A stretch of 40,340 bases of DNA, taken from positions 14,637,705 to 14,678,044 of the forward strand of contig NC_069000.1 of NCBI RefSeq assembly GCF_001194135.2, given 5' to 3'. This document shows, one piece after another, positions 1 through 10,974 of the stretch. Numbering within the stretch: the first letter of the stretch is position 1; each line of letters begins with the position of its first letter. Source of the DNA: Octopus bimaculoides (taxonomy: Eukaryota). Position numbers and translations under genes: made by a program. The notes beneath the pieces are model-generated. The model searched no databases. It had not been told where the DNA came from and was given only the letters and a program-made list of their open reading frames with translations.

Positions 1-75
<75 letters not shown>

Positions 76-91
76 ATGGAATAAGAGAGAG

Positions 92-232
92 TTTTTTGTC
101 TACCAAATTTCACTCAAGGAGCATTGGTCAACCTCACGCTATAGTAGAAAACACTGTGTCAAGATACCACATGCTAAGTGAATGAATAAGAAACCGTGTG
201 GTTCCAAAACAAATTCCTTGACCACATAGTCT
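92..232 (-). mobile_element. Degenerate tRNA-derived SINE (family A), 5' part
   Basis: Reverse complement resembles the head/core of the copy at 1594-1992, but is diverged. Confidence 0.6.
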
Positions 233-309
233 ACAGAGAAGGAACCAATGTCTTTTGGCAGATAAGTCTATATCTCACCTGACACCTTTAATTATTTAAT
301 AACCTCGTA

Positions 310-463
310 ATCTTTATTAATTGCAACTGAGAAAGCTCCAGCTGTTTATGACCTTGTATATCTTTCAAGGAAGAACTGAGTTTTGAGGTAAAGAAGATTT
401 AAAACAACACTTCCCCAATAAAACAACACTTCTCTAATAAAACAATTGATGGGTAGAAATATT
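310..463 (+). repeat. 154-bp duplicated segment, copy 1
   Basis: Matches 3397-3550 with 2 substitutions; contains a 19-bp internal tandem (aaaacaacacttcYcYaat). Confidence 0.9.
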
Positions 464-641
464 AATTCTTTGAGAATATTTCATATATGCTGTCTAAATC
501 CCTACATACAACCCAGATAGGTTTAATTTATCCTTAGTTTATAACTTTGATTTACCTAAAGTTGTTGTTGTTATTATTATTTAATATCAGGAAAGGCATC
601 CAGCTGTAGAACCCAAGCTGAAAACAGATTATGCTGCAAGA

Positions 642-836
642 GATTACACATTACACATTACGTAGAGGCAAATTACACATTACACATACACGGAGGCAAA
701 CACACACACACACACACACACACAACACACACACACACACACATACACACACATATGCAGAAATATACTGGTAGAGAGTGAGTGAGTGAGAGAGGTGGGG
801 AGAGAGAAATTACACATACACACAAACAGAGGCAAG

Positions 837-883
<47 letters not shown>

Positions 884-1240
884 AGAAATATACTGAACAT
901 GAGAGTGAATGAGAGAGTGTGGGGGAGAAGAGAGGAAGATTACACATACACACAAACATAGAGGCAAACACACACGCACACACACACACACATGTGCAGA
1001 AATATACTGAGCAAGAGAGAGTGAGAGAGAGAGAGAGAGACAGAGAGACAGAGATTACAGATACACACAATCATAGAGGCAAATACACACATACACACAC
1101 ACCCACATACACACACACCCACATACACACACACAGTCACACACACACACACACACACACAGACATGCAGAAATTTACTGAGCAAGAGAAAATTGGGGAG
1201 AGAGAGAGAGAGAGAGATTACACATTCACACAAACATAAC
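642..1240 (+). repeat. Compound minisatellite built from (CA)n and (GA)n tracts
   Basis: About four 115-165 bp units, each attacacatacacacaaac..gaggcaa-(CA)n-tgcagaaatatactga-(GA)n. Confidence 0.85.
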
Positions 1241-1312
1241 TGAGTGTTAACACACACATGAACAGAGAGAAGGGGTAAGAATGTGAAAGTCATTAAAATG
1301 AGAGAAACCTCG

Positions 1313-1427
1313 AAACATTTCATGTCAAATAGGTCAAACATTTCATGTCAAATAGGTCAAACATTTCATGTCAAATAGGTCAAACATTTCATGTCAAATA
1401 GGTCAAACATTTCATGTCAAATAGGTC
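1313..1427 (+). repeat. 23-bp tandem repeat, 5 perfect copies
   Basis: AAACATTTCATGTCAAATAGGTC x5, contiguous, no spacers. Confidence 0.95.
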
Positions 1428-1565
1428 AACATCAAATCAGAAATACTGAATAGGCAGCACCAAAATGGCTTCACCAAAATGTCTCATACCCTATCAAACT
1501 GTACTGAGACACCTTATACTCAGCGTGAGTTGGACTTATGAGTTACACTCAAATGTTTGATTGAT

Positions 1566-2231
1566 TAATCCTTTAACATTTAAATTGACCATAGGCGCAG
1601 GAGTGGTTGTGTGGTAAATAGCTTGCTTATCAATACATGGTTCCGGGTTCAGTCCCACTGCGTGGCACCTTGGGCAAGTGTCTTCTACTATAGCCTAGGG
1701 CCGACCAAAGCCTTGTGAGCGGATTTAGTAGACGGAAACTGAAAGAAGCCTGTCGTATATATGTATATATGTATGTGTATATGTTTGTGTCTGTGTTTGT
1801 CCCCTCAACATCGCATGACAACCGATGCTGGTGTGTTTACGTCCCCGTAACTTAGCGGTTCGGCAAAAGAGATCGATAGAATAAGTACTAGGCTTCCAAA
1901 GAATAAGTCCTGGGGTCGATTTGCTCAACTAAACGGCAGTGCTCCAGCATGGCCGCAGTCAAATGACTGAAACAAGTAAAAGAGTAAAAGAGTATATCCA
2001 GCCCAAATATTCTACTTGTTTTATGTTAAAATTAATGACATCCAACCTCTCACACCTACTCTACAATGTCATTCTAAAAATATACACACTCATTTCACAA
2101 CCATTCTACAACCTTCTGAAAATAAGCAATCATTTCATCGAAATTTCAAAGCTACACATAATGCATGATTAATTGAAAATAATGTGGACCGGCATTATAT
2201 TTGACAGAGAAATCTGAAGGCAAAATGGTTA
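1566..2231 (-). mobile_element. piggyBac-type MITE split by the SINE at 1594-1992
   Basis: 1566-1593 and 1993-2231 rejoin into the reverse complement of the family at 34023-34243. Confidence 0.6.
1594..1992 (+). mobile_element. Full-length tRNA-derived SINE (family A) with internal (TA)n
   Basis: Pol III A-box-like tggttgtgtgg (1604-1614), B-box-like ggttcagtccc (1646-1656), CORE-like ccttgggcaagtgtctt, tail gaaacaagtaaaagagtaaaag; many copies in the window. Confidence 0.85.
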
Positions 2232-2328
2232 ATTCCAGCTACCTTATGTATGGCTGACTGAGACCATACTCAACAAGAAACAAAAATGAATTACTTTCTG
2301 TGAGAAGGAGAGAGAGAGAGAGAGAGAG

Positions 2329-2503
2329 NNNNNNNNNNNNNNNNNNNNNNNNNNNNNNNNNNNNNNNNNNNNNNNNNNNNNNNNNNNNNNNNNNNNNNNN
2401 NNNNNNNNNNNNNNNNNNNNNNNNNNNNNNNNNNNNNNNNNNNNNNNNNNNNNNNNNNNNNNNNNNNNNNNNNNNNNNNNNNNNNNNNNNNNNNNNNNNN
2501 NNN
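2329..2503. other. Assembly gap (175 N)
   Basis: N run flanked by (GA)n. Confidence 1.
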
Positions 2504-2596
2504 GAGGGAGAGAGAAAGACATGCACAAAGAAAGAATTAAAAATATATATCATGTTTTGTTTAAAATATTATTGATTATTGATCTTCTTCATTCAG

Positions 2597-2740
2597 GACC
2601 AGTCGTCAGCAGCTGTGCAAACAAATTTGGATGCCGTGCTACAACTATTGCTGGAGCTGTCTTTTGTGCCATAGCCATATTTTGCAGTGGATACTCCAAT
2701 AGTCTGGCAGTCCTAATTGTTAGCTTTGGCATATTTGGTG
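2597..2740 (+). CDS. SLC16/monocarboxylate transporter, first visible coding exon
   Basis: ttcattcag|GA acceptor, G|gtaagt donor, 144 nt; GPVVSSCANKFGCRATTIAG..IVSFGIFG matches MCT TM3-4. Confidence 0.92.
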
Positions 2741-3396
2741 GTAAGTTCTTGGTTCTTAATCTTTTACTCTTTTACCTGTTTCAGCTCAATAACTGTGGCC
2801 ATACTGGGTCACCACCGTTGTCATAATTCACCTTCCATCCTTTGAGAGCTTTTACAACATTTGCTTTGAGTTGTGTTAAGTAGACATTAGTGAGATGGAT
2901 TTTGGACATAGTCACAGATTGGTTTGATGAAAAACTTCATCTGTTGGTATGTTACACCACTCAGAAAAGCCATTTATGGATATGTCCCATCTTTTTTTGA
3001 TCATACTATTAGTCTTCTTTTTATTGTTTCAAGTATGATGATGTTGTCATGGCACTGATCTCTAACTATCATTTGAAATAACTAACTCTATGAGAATTAA
3101 ACAGAAAAGAAAGAATGATAATTTCTAATGTTGGTGCATTTCCAGACAGGCTCAGGAGCAGGGGGTGCAAGGGTGCAAGTGCACCTATTTAAATTTTTGG
3201 TGAGACAATGAAGACGCTTTGAACATCATGGATTGAACCTGGATTTACAACCACTAAGCAAATTTCATTCTCACATTTATGTTTCCAGACATGTTGTAGA
3301 TGAAGGGATTTTGTATTACTTCAAAAATTGTAGAGTTGTTTGTGCTTTGTCTAGACATACCATCTCAGATTTCTAGACTAGAAATGTCCATGGCTC

Positions 3397-3550
3397 ATCT
3401 TTATTAACTGCAACTGAGAAAGCTCCAGCTGTTTATGACCTTGTATATCTTTCAAGGAAGAACTGAGTTTTGAGGTAAAGAAGATTTAAAACAACACTTC
3501 CCCAATAAAACAACACTTCTCTAATAAAACAACTGATGGGTAGAAATATT
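3397..3550 (+). repeat. 154-bp duplicated segment, copy 2
   Basis: 152/154 identical to 310-463; ends 130 bp before the exon starting at 3681. Confidence 0.9.
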
Positions 3551-3680
3551 TATTAGATGGTAATAAAATTAATTAAGATTAAAATATTGAAGATAAGTAC
3601 TTTGTTGAAAGGAGTAAATGTTATGTCTTCCTACAATTTCACAGCAGATGTTGATATAAAATTATTCTGATTCATTTCAG

Positions 3681-4469
3681 GAATTGGTCTTGGATTCATG
3701 TACTTGCCTGCAATTGTCATGGTTGGTTACTATTTTGATAAAAGAAGAGCCTTAGCAACAGGCATTGCAGTCTGTGGATCTGGTATTGGTAACTTTGTGT
3801 TTGCTCCTATTGCTGAGCTCTTGTTGAAGGAATATGGCTGGCGAGGTTCAATGATGATCACATCAGCTCTCATGCTAAATGGAATAATATTTGGAAGCTT
3901 CTACCGTCCATTAAAACCTCCAAAGAACAAAGATCTCCCTTCGATTCCTTATCAAGCTACTGACAATGAAGTTAAAGAACCTATTATAAGACCAGATGAT
4001 AAACACAAACAGTTGAACCTCCGAATGAAATTTAAAAGGATACATGACATAGAACAAGAAAATTACCATGCAAGAAGACATAGATCATTAGATATCACTG
4101 GCACTGGAAGAACTTTTCTTCCTGGTGTTCTTAATGTTAGCAACAACAAAGAACAATCTAATATTGCCCGAATGGCTGCTAGCCATGATATCTTGCCAAC
4201 ACATTTAAATTCAAAAACTCCAGTAAGACCTACAGTGTCACCATTTTACCGTAAAGATGTCCTGTACAGTGGCAGTCTCTTACGTCTCTCTGAAAAGATG
4301 GAATCACCAAATATGGATGAATTCATATCAAGCATGGTTGTGATTCCTTCAGATGAAGATGATAATAAAAAAAGTTGTATGGAAAAGATTGGAAAAGCTT
4401 TTAAGAAATACAAGGATTTGAAACCAACTTTTTTTCTGTATAGTTTTGCATGTTTTCTTCTTATGCTAG
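3681..4469 (+). CDS. SLC16/MCT exon (TM4-6, large cytoplasmic loop, start of TM7)
   Basis: catttcag|GA..G|gtaagt, 789 nt; GIGLGFMYLPAIVMVGYYFDKRRALATGIAVCGSGIG and YGWRGSMMI are SLC16 signatures. Confidence 0.96.
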
Positions 4470-5084
4470 GTAAGTGCTTCAAGTGATTTTTCCTTAATTA
4501 AGATATTGTTTTGTTTTACTCAGGAACGTTTAGAATTGTATAAAAGATGGACAGAAATAATCATATTTCTTAACAGTTATATAGCAAGCAGGATTTGCTG
4601 TGAACTTTGCTACAATTATCATAAAATTACAAACAATTACAATATTTATTCATGTATAAGTTGCACCCCTTATTTAATGCTAAATTTTGATACAAAAGTT
4701 TTCTCCTTTATAGTTTTTAGTTTTGCCCCATGTACAAATTTCACCCCAGTTTTTCAGTTAAAATCATGTTAAAATCATGATAAAATAGTGTAACTTATAC
4801 ACAAGTAAATTTTGTAAATATATCTTATTAACCTTTAGCACACTGTAGGTGCATCATGTCACCATATGAATTTTCTCCCCTGTAGTTACAGAGCAGTGGC
4901 AGGGGAAAAGATTCTAGAGAAAATGCAATATGCTAAAGAGTAAATAAATTTATTTCAGAATTTTGTATGTGACATCTCAATACTAAACAGCTGGGCTGTA
5001 CTAGCTATGTACCAAGTCAAAGACAAATTTCACTTTAAATATATTTGACCCAGGAAGAACAAACAAGAAAAAAAAATGTATTAG

Positions 5085-5235
5085 CCATGCAAAAATCGAC
5101 TTTGCTTTTCATCCTTCCGGGGTCAATTAAATAAGTACCAGTTACGCACTGGGGTCGATATAATCGACTTAATTCGTTTGTCTGTCCTTGTTTGTCCCCT
5201 CTGTGTGTAGCCCCTTGTGGGCAGTAAAAAAATAA
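5085..5235 (+). mobile_element. SINE family C, 3' part
   Basis: tcatccttccggggtc..aaataagtaccagtt..ctggggtcgat motif shared with 8110-8275. Confidence 0.65.
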
Positions 5236-5471
5236 GACATTAAACAATGATGATGATGATATATACTTGTAAGATCAGCAAAATTCAGCTTGTCCAGGAC
5301 ACCAGCGACACTAGATATGGTCCTGTTTGTAGTTAAAGTGAGGGGTAAATGGATAAACTTAGATAAAAATCGATATAACAAAGATGGAAAATTCTGTTTG
5401 TGTTATCAATGTTTTCCCTGATACTCATAACATAAAATTCATTCATTTTTCTTTCTGTTTCTTCATTCTAG

Positions 5472-5741
5472 GTTTCTTTATTCCTTACACATACTTACCA
5501 TCTGTGGGACTAAGGTTGAATTTTTCCAGAAATCAGTCTGCATTACTCTTATCCATCATTGGGATATCAAACACAGTCTTTCGCATTATCATTGGATGGG
5601 TTAGCGATCAGAAATGGTCAAACTGTTTCATCATTAATTACACATCTTTGCTAGTTTCTGGTATTGCAACAGCATTTGTACCTGTATTTACCAATTATCC
5701 TCTTCTAGTTTCATATTGTGTTGTCTATGGCATCTGTATTG
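5472..5741 (+). CDS. SLC16/MCT exon (TM7-10)
   Basis: cattctag|GT..G|gtaagt, 270 nt; GFFIPYTYLP..LLSIIGISNTVFRIIIGWVSD. Confidence 0.95.
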
Positions 5742-5810
5742 GTAAGTAATTTATTGATTTATTAGTTTCTGTTTTTGAAGTAAAACTGAATAAAATATAA
5801 TTCCTATAAA

Positions 5811-6447
5811 NNNNNNNNNNNNNNNNNNNNNNNNNNNNNNNNNNNNNNNNNNNNNNNNNNNNNNNNNNNNNNNNNNNNNNNNNNNNNNNNNNNNNNNNNN
5901 NNNNNNNNNNNNNNNNNNNNNNNNNNNNNNNNNNNNNNNNNNNNNNNNNNNNNNNNNNNNNNNNNNNNNNNNNNNNNNNNNNNNNNNNNNNNNNNNNNNN
6001 NNNNNNNNNNNNNNNNNNNNNNNNNNNNNNNNNNNNNNNNNNNNNNNNNNNNNNNNNNNNNNNNNNNNNNNNNNNNNNNNNNNNNNNNNNNNNNNNNNNN
6101 NNNNNNNNNNNNNNNNNNNNNNNNNNNNNNNNNNNNNNNNNNNNNNNNNNNNNNNNNNNNNNNNNNNNNNNNNNNNNNNNNNNNNNNNNNNNNNNNNNNN
6201 NNNNNNNNNNNNNNNNNNNNNNNNNNNNNNNNNNNNNNNNNNNNNNNNNNNNNNNNNNNNNNNNNNNNNNNNNNNNNNNNNNNNNNNNNNNNNNNNNNNN
6301 NNNNNNNNNNNNNNNNNNNNNNNNNNNNNNNNNNNNNNNNNNNNNNNNNNNNNNNNNNNNNNNNNNNNNNNNNNNNNNNNNNNNNNNNNNNNNNNNNNNN
6401 NNNNNNNNNNNNNNNNNNNNNNNNNNNNNNNNNNNNNNNNNNNNNNN
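5811..6447. other. Assembly gap (637 N)
   Basis: N run inside an MCT intron. Confidence 1.
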
Positions 6448-6559
6448 TTTAGAAAAATTCTTTTATTCATGCTCCAAACCTTAACTACTTGGCTAAAAAA
6501 TAAAAATGTAATTGACTGATAAGATCATGGCAAGTAGTTTAATTATTTTTCATATTACT

Positions 6560-6588
6560 ATATTACTATATATATATATATATATATG

Positions 6589-6637
<49 letters not shown>

Positions 6638-6640
6638 GTA

Positions 6641-6671
<31 letters not shown>

Positions 6672-6680
6672 ATATGTATG

Positions 6681-6712
<32 letters not shown>

Positions 6713-6722
6713 AATGTATGTA
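6560..6722. repeat. (TA)n/(TG)n/(TATG)n compound microsatellite
   Basis: Direct reading. Confidence 0.95.
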
Positions 6723-6950
6723 TAGTCAACTCAAATAAATGAGCAATAAAATTCACAATAACAAAGTAGAGAATGTGCACAAGGAATATATTAGTTTGAC
6801 ATTTAGCAAAAAGAGAGTTTTTGACATTCCTAGCAAATATGTATGTGTATGTATATGTACATATATACATATATATATATATACTCACATACATACATAT
6901 ATATGTGTGTGTGTGTGTGTGTGCATACACACACACACATATTTAAAACT

Positions 6951-7484
6951 GTCACTCCGTCAGTTACAGTGATGAGGGTTCCAGCTGATACGATCAACAG
7001 AATAAGCCTGCTCATGAAATGAATGTGCAAGTGGCTGAGCACTCCCACCACAACACCACTCACCACAGCAGAAATCATATCCTAAGACTGAAGTGCCATG
7101 TAAAAAGCACTGGTGCTGCTGCGACTTAAAAAGCACCCATGATAGCGCCACAGAAAAAGCACCCAGTGCACTTTGTGGAGTGGTTGGCATTAGGAAAGGC
7201 ATCCAGCTGTAGAAACTAAACGAAAACACACTTTGGAACCTAATGCAGCTCCTAGCCTTACCAGTTCCTCTAAAGCTGTCCCACCGATGCCAGCATGGAA
7301 AACGGACATTAAATGATGATGATGATGATGATGATAGCTGAGCACTCCACAGACACACATACCCTTAACATAGTTCTCAAGGAAATTCAGAATATAACGA
7401 GGCTAGCCCTTTGAATTACAGGTACAACTCATCTTTACCAGTTGAATAGGTTGGAGCAAAGTAAAATAAAGTGTTTTGCTCATG
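6951..7484 (+). mobile_element. SINE family E, interrupted by a family D insertion
   Basis: 6951-7045 and 7337-7484 rejoin through the duplicated gctgagcactcc; a related fragment lies at 19617-19658. Confidence 0.65.
7046..7336 (+). mobile_element. (GAT)n-tailed retroposon (family D) with 12-bp TSD
   Basis: TSD gctgagcactcc at 7034-7045 and 7337-7348; ggcatccagctgtagaaac core; ends ggacattaaatgatgatgat. Confidence 0.85.
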
Positions 7485-7519
7485 CACCCTCACACACACA
7501 CACACTTACACACATACAT

Positions 7520-7665
7520 ACTATGGACTTCCAGAGACTTTCCATCTGCCAAATTCATTCTTAAGGCATCGGTTGGCTTAGGATTATAAAAGAAGACACT
7601 TGCACATGGTGCTGGAAACCACATGGTTGCAAAGAGAACTTCTTAAACTCACAGTCATGCCTGCA
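7520..7665 (-). mobile_element. Degenerate SINE family A
   Basis: Reverse complement gives gcaggcatgactgtg..gcaagtgtcttct..gatggaaag. Confidence 0.6.
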
Positions 7666-7740
7666 AAAATAGTCTCAGATATCTCTAATTTTCTTCAAAA
7701 TTCTTTATTTTATTTAACCTATTTCTATCTTTTCTTTCAG

Positions 7741-7866
7741 CTGCTTTTATTTCTCTTCGTTCGATAATAATGGTTGAACTTTTGGGAGTTGAAAATTTAA
7801 CACTTGCATTTGGCTTAATTATAATGGCTCAAGGCATATCATCATTTTTTGGAAGCCCTATAGCAG
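7741..7866 (+). CDS. SLC16/MCT exon (TM10-11)
   Basis: tttctttcag|CT..G|gtaagc, 126 nt; AAFISLRSIIMVELLGVENLTLAFG..GSPIAG. Confidence 0.93.
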
Positions 7867-7906
7867 GTAAGCAACTGTTTATTCTATAAAGGTTAGCAAA
7901 ACTTAA

Positions 7907-8105
7907 CCCTTTAGTACTCAGATTATTCTGATAAATGTGATGTTTTTTTATTCATATAGTTTTTAATTAATTATACATTATCTCATAGTTTTGAAAGTTT
8001 GATGATGTGATTGTATATTTTTAGTATGCTATTGTAGAGCAGATATATGAGGCCAAATCTTGCCAGTCTGAGCATAAAACAGGTAATATATGTATCTGGG
8101 CCTGA
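7907..8105 (+). mobile_element. piggyBac-type MITE, 3'-truncated
   Basis: TTAA|CCCTTTAGTA start; body matches 34023-34243. Confidence 0.7.
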
Positions 8106-8109
8106 TAAA

Positions 8110-8422
8110 GCAGCAAGCTGGCAGAAATGTTAGCACACCAGGTGAAATACTTAGTGATATTTCGTCTGTCTTTACGTTCTCGGTTCAAATTCCACTGGGG
8201 TCGGCTTTGCCTCTCATTCTTTCAGGGTCGATAAATTAAGCACCAGTTGCATACTGGGGTTGATCTAATTGACTGCACAGGCATGGCTGTGTTGTAAGAA
8301 GTTTGCTTCTAAACCACTTGTTCTGAGTTCAATCACATTGCATGGTACGCTGAGCAAGTGTCTTCTATTTTAGACTCAGGCTTGTGAGTGGATTCAGTAG
8401 ATGGAAACTGAAAGAGGCCCAT
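8110..8422 (+). mobile_element. Adjacent SINE family C (8110-8275) and family A (8278-8422) copies
   Basis: tRNA-like heads (gctggcagaaatgttag..ggttcaaattcc; ggcatggctgtgttg..gagttcaatc) followed by the family cores. Confidence 0.65.
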
Positions 8423-8783
8423 CATATATATATGTGTGTGAGAATGTGAGTGTGTGTGACTGTGTGTGTGTGTGTGTGTGTGTGTGAATGTGTATGTGCG
8501 TGCATGTGTGTGTCTTTGTGATAGTTGTAAACAAGTGTTACCATCATACAAATGGTATTGTTCGTCTTCAGTCTTCCATGAAAACATGTTTAGTCATGGG
8601 TAGATGTCACTTCGCTTGGAAACGAGTGAATGCCACTGAAAATCTGCCTCAAGGAATTCCGTCAGACCCATGCAAGCATGGAATTGTAAACTTTAAACAA
8701 TGATGTATGAATGCTGTTACTGTTTTTATTGACCTTAATAGCTTAACAACTGTTTTTTTTGTTTTTTTTTTTCACTGTTATAG

Positions 8784-8983
8784 GTTGGTTATCAGATATG
8801 ACAGGAAATTTTGATGCAGCCTTTTATATGGGTGGAGCAGCATTAGCTGTTTCTGGAATTATTTGTGTTCCCTTGGAAAGGGTTTCAAAATGGGAGAGAA
8901 AACGAGAAGCTTTAAAATCCAAAACAATTGTGGAAGTCAAGGAACTGCAACCAATGATTAATAATTCATTGAATATGCAATAA
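8784..8983 (+). CDS. SLC16/MCT terminal coding exon (TM12, C-tail)
   Basis: gttatag|GT acceptor in the correct phase; GWLSDMTGNFDAAFYMGG..NNSLNMQ*. Confidence 0.93.
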
Positions 8984-9107
8984 TTTTCACCAGCAGTGAC
9001 CTACTTTATATGAACATATAAAGGCACAGTGTTGTAATTGTTTTGTAAACCAATTGTTTTGTTCTCACGTTTATTTTTTTTTAATACATCTTTTTTTAAA
9101 TTTAAAT

Positions 9108-9113
9108 AATAAA
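9108..9113 (+). terminator. Candidate poly(A) signal of the MCT gene
   Basis: AATAAA 125 nt after the stop codon. Confidence 0.5.
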
Positions 9114-9424
9114 ACAAAGTTGGCATGGTACATATTTAATTCCATACAACCTGTAATTTCAGAAAACCAACCTGCAAAGCTACTAGAATTGATTTAAAGC
9201 ATTTGAAACATCAAGGAAGAAAATCTACATTCATAACAATTCATTGTCCCATCCATTTTCATATTTGTTGTGAACATAGTTACATAAACAAACATATTAA
9301 CATTGTCAAGCATGGCTCATATTTAGTGAAATTATTGTTGATGTTATATCATAAAAAATCTCAACTTTATTTTGCTGGGTATGATGGAAAGTGTCAGATG
9401 TCCATAGCCAGCAGACTAAGGTGA

Positions 9425-10780
9425 CACTTGTTTACTGATCATGCGTCAAAAAACCAGTGGAGGACTCTTGCAGTTCCAAGCAATGATTAGTTTTTGTGGG
9501 TGCTCTATGTTTACATTCATTCCAATCTTTTTGAGTTCTGTTGGTCATTGAATGCTGGTACTTCCATGTGCACTAATCACAAATCGTATCACATCCATTT
9601 TCTTTATTGCCCACAACCTGCGTATTTCCCACCTCAATTCATCATAGTTGTTCACTTTTTCTCTTTCCCTTCAATCCTGCTGTCATCAGGACATGCTATG
9701 TTGGTTATCAGGCATGTTTTTTTCTTTTCTGTTCACAACAATTTCAGGTTTTCAGTGTCTAATCTGATGGTCACATTGAATCATTGCATCCCATAAGATT
9801 TTGCAATCCTCATTTTCAGTAACTCCTTCTGGGATTTGGTCATGCCATGTTTTTGAGCTTTCTGGGTCATAATTTTCACAAAGCTCCTAATGGATCATTT
9901 TTGTCACATTACCATGTCACCTTTTGTATTCATGCTGTTACCAATTTCAGGCATTCACTAACAATGTGCCACACTGTTTCACTCCTCTCACCACACTTTC
10001 TGCGTTTGTCACTCTCAGTTGTTTTGTCAATTCTGCACTGCATATGATTTGTCCTCAATGCTTGTTCTTGTGCTGCACTTGTGAGTGCATCTATTTCTAT
10101 CTTCAAGTCACTCTTCTGCATCCATAACCACCAGCCCTTCTGTATCTGTCTTTGCAAACTTACTGTACTTTTTTCTTTTCCATGCTTTTCTCCTCTTCAA
10201 ATTTCTTTTGATGATGCCAGACTTCTTCTCATGCATCAACAATGATTCCACAGCATTTTTTACATACCAGCCTGTTCAAACCTCTCTCAGCCTTTCTTCT
10301 GGACAGTTACATCTGATCAGTGTCACTCTTGGGGTGAAATACTCTGTACAATGTGAATAATTTCTGTGTCTTTGTACCCATAGTCATCAATTCATTCTTT
10401 TGTCAGTTTACGATTCCTGCTCCGTACCAAAGTGATGCTATCACCCATGTATTTACTGTTTGGAATTTATTCCATCCAGTCAATTTTGAGTGCAACATTA
10501 ATTGTAGTCTTCAGAGACACTCTTTCATTTCCTTCCCTGTGATTTCATTGAACTCAAGTATGCCAAGGTACTTATAGGCTTCCTTTTCAATTTGTTTCAT
10601 TACTTTCCTATTTGATAATTCTATCTCTGTCAGGAACTGCACCTTGCTTCTTTTCAGACTCATTTACACCATGCTTCTTGAGTTCAGATTCCATCCAAAC
10701 ATCAGTACTAAAACAATGGACAGTGTTCACCAAGGAATTCACTTGTACCTCATCTTCAAATCATCCATTAAGAGATGATT
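9425..10780 (-). mobile_element. 5'-truncated, decayed non-LTR retrotransposon of R4/Dong type (RT end, zinc knuckle, restriction-like endonuclease)
   Basis: Minus-strand peptides across stops and frameshifts: LMDDLK (about 10752-10772), AAQEQALRTN..CGERSETVWHIVSEC, ENEDCKILWDAMIQCDHQIRH*KPEIVV, NIACPDDSRIE, LLGTARVL. Confidence 0.85.
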
Positions 10781-10974
10781 GATTCTTTGTGTTTTTCCCT
10801 TGATTATTATTAGTTGTTGTTGTTATTTACTTTTAATCTGCAAGTTTGTTGCAATCACTTGCCGAGACACACCCAGCACCCTAGGGCAAGTGAAGGACAA
10901 GAGATCTAACAGTATAACTGAAAGTTGGGGAAGTGAAATGGCTGGGGAATATTATTATTGTTATTGTTGTTTCA

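Noticed and set aside
673-1341. Overlapping ORFs rich in VC/TH/ER/SL dipeptides
   Set aside because: They are translations of (CA)n/(GA)n tracts with no splice or domain support.
1313-1427. CRISPR-like regular repeat
   Set aside because: Units are contiguous with no spacers, there are no cas genes, and the context is eukaryotic.
1594-1670. Possible tRNA gene
   Set aside because: It has A/B-box-like motifs but no cloverleaf and continues into a SINE body; the same applies to other SINE heads.
4246-4482. 78-aa minus-strand ORF
   Set aside because: It is the antisense shadow of the MCT exon.
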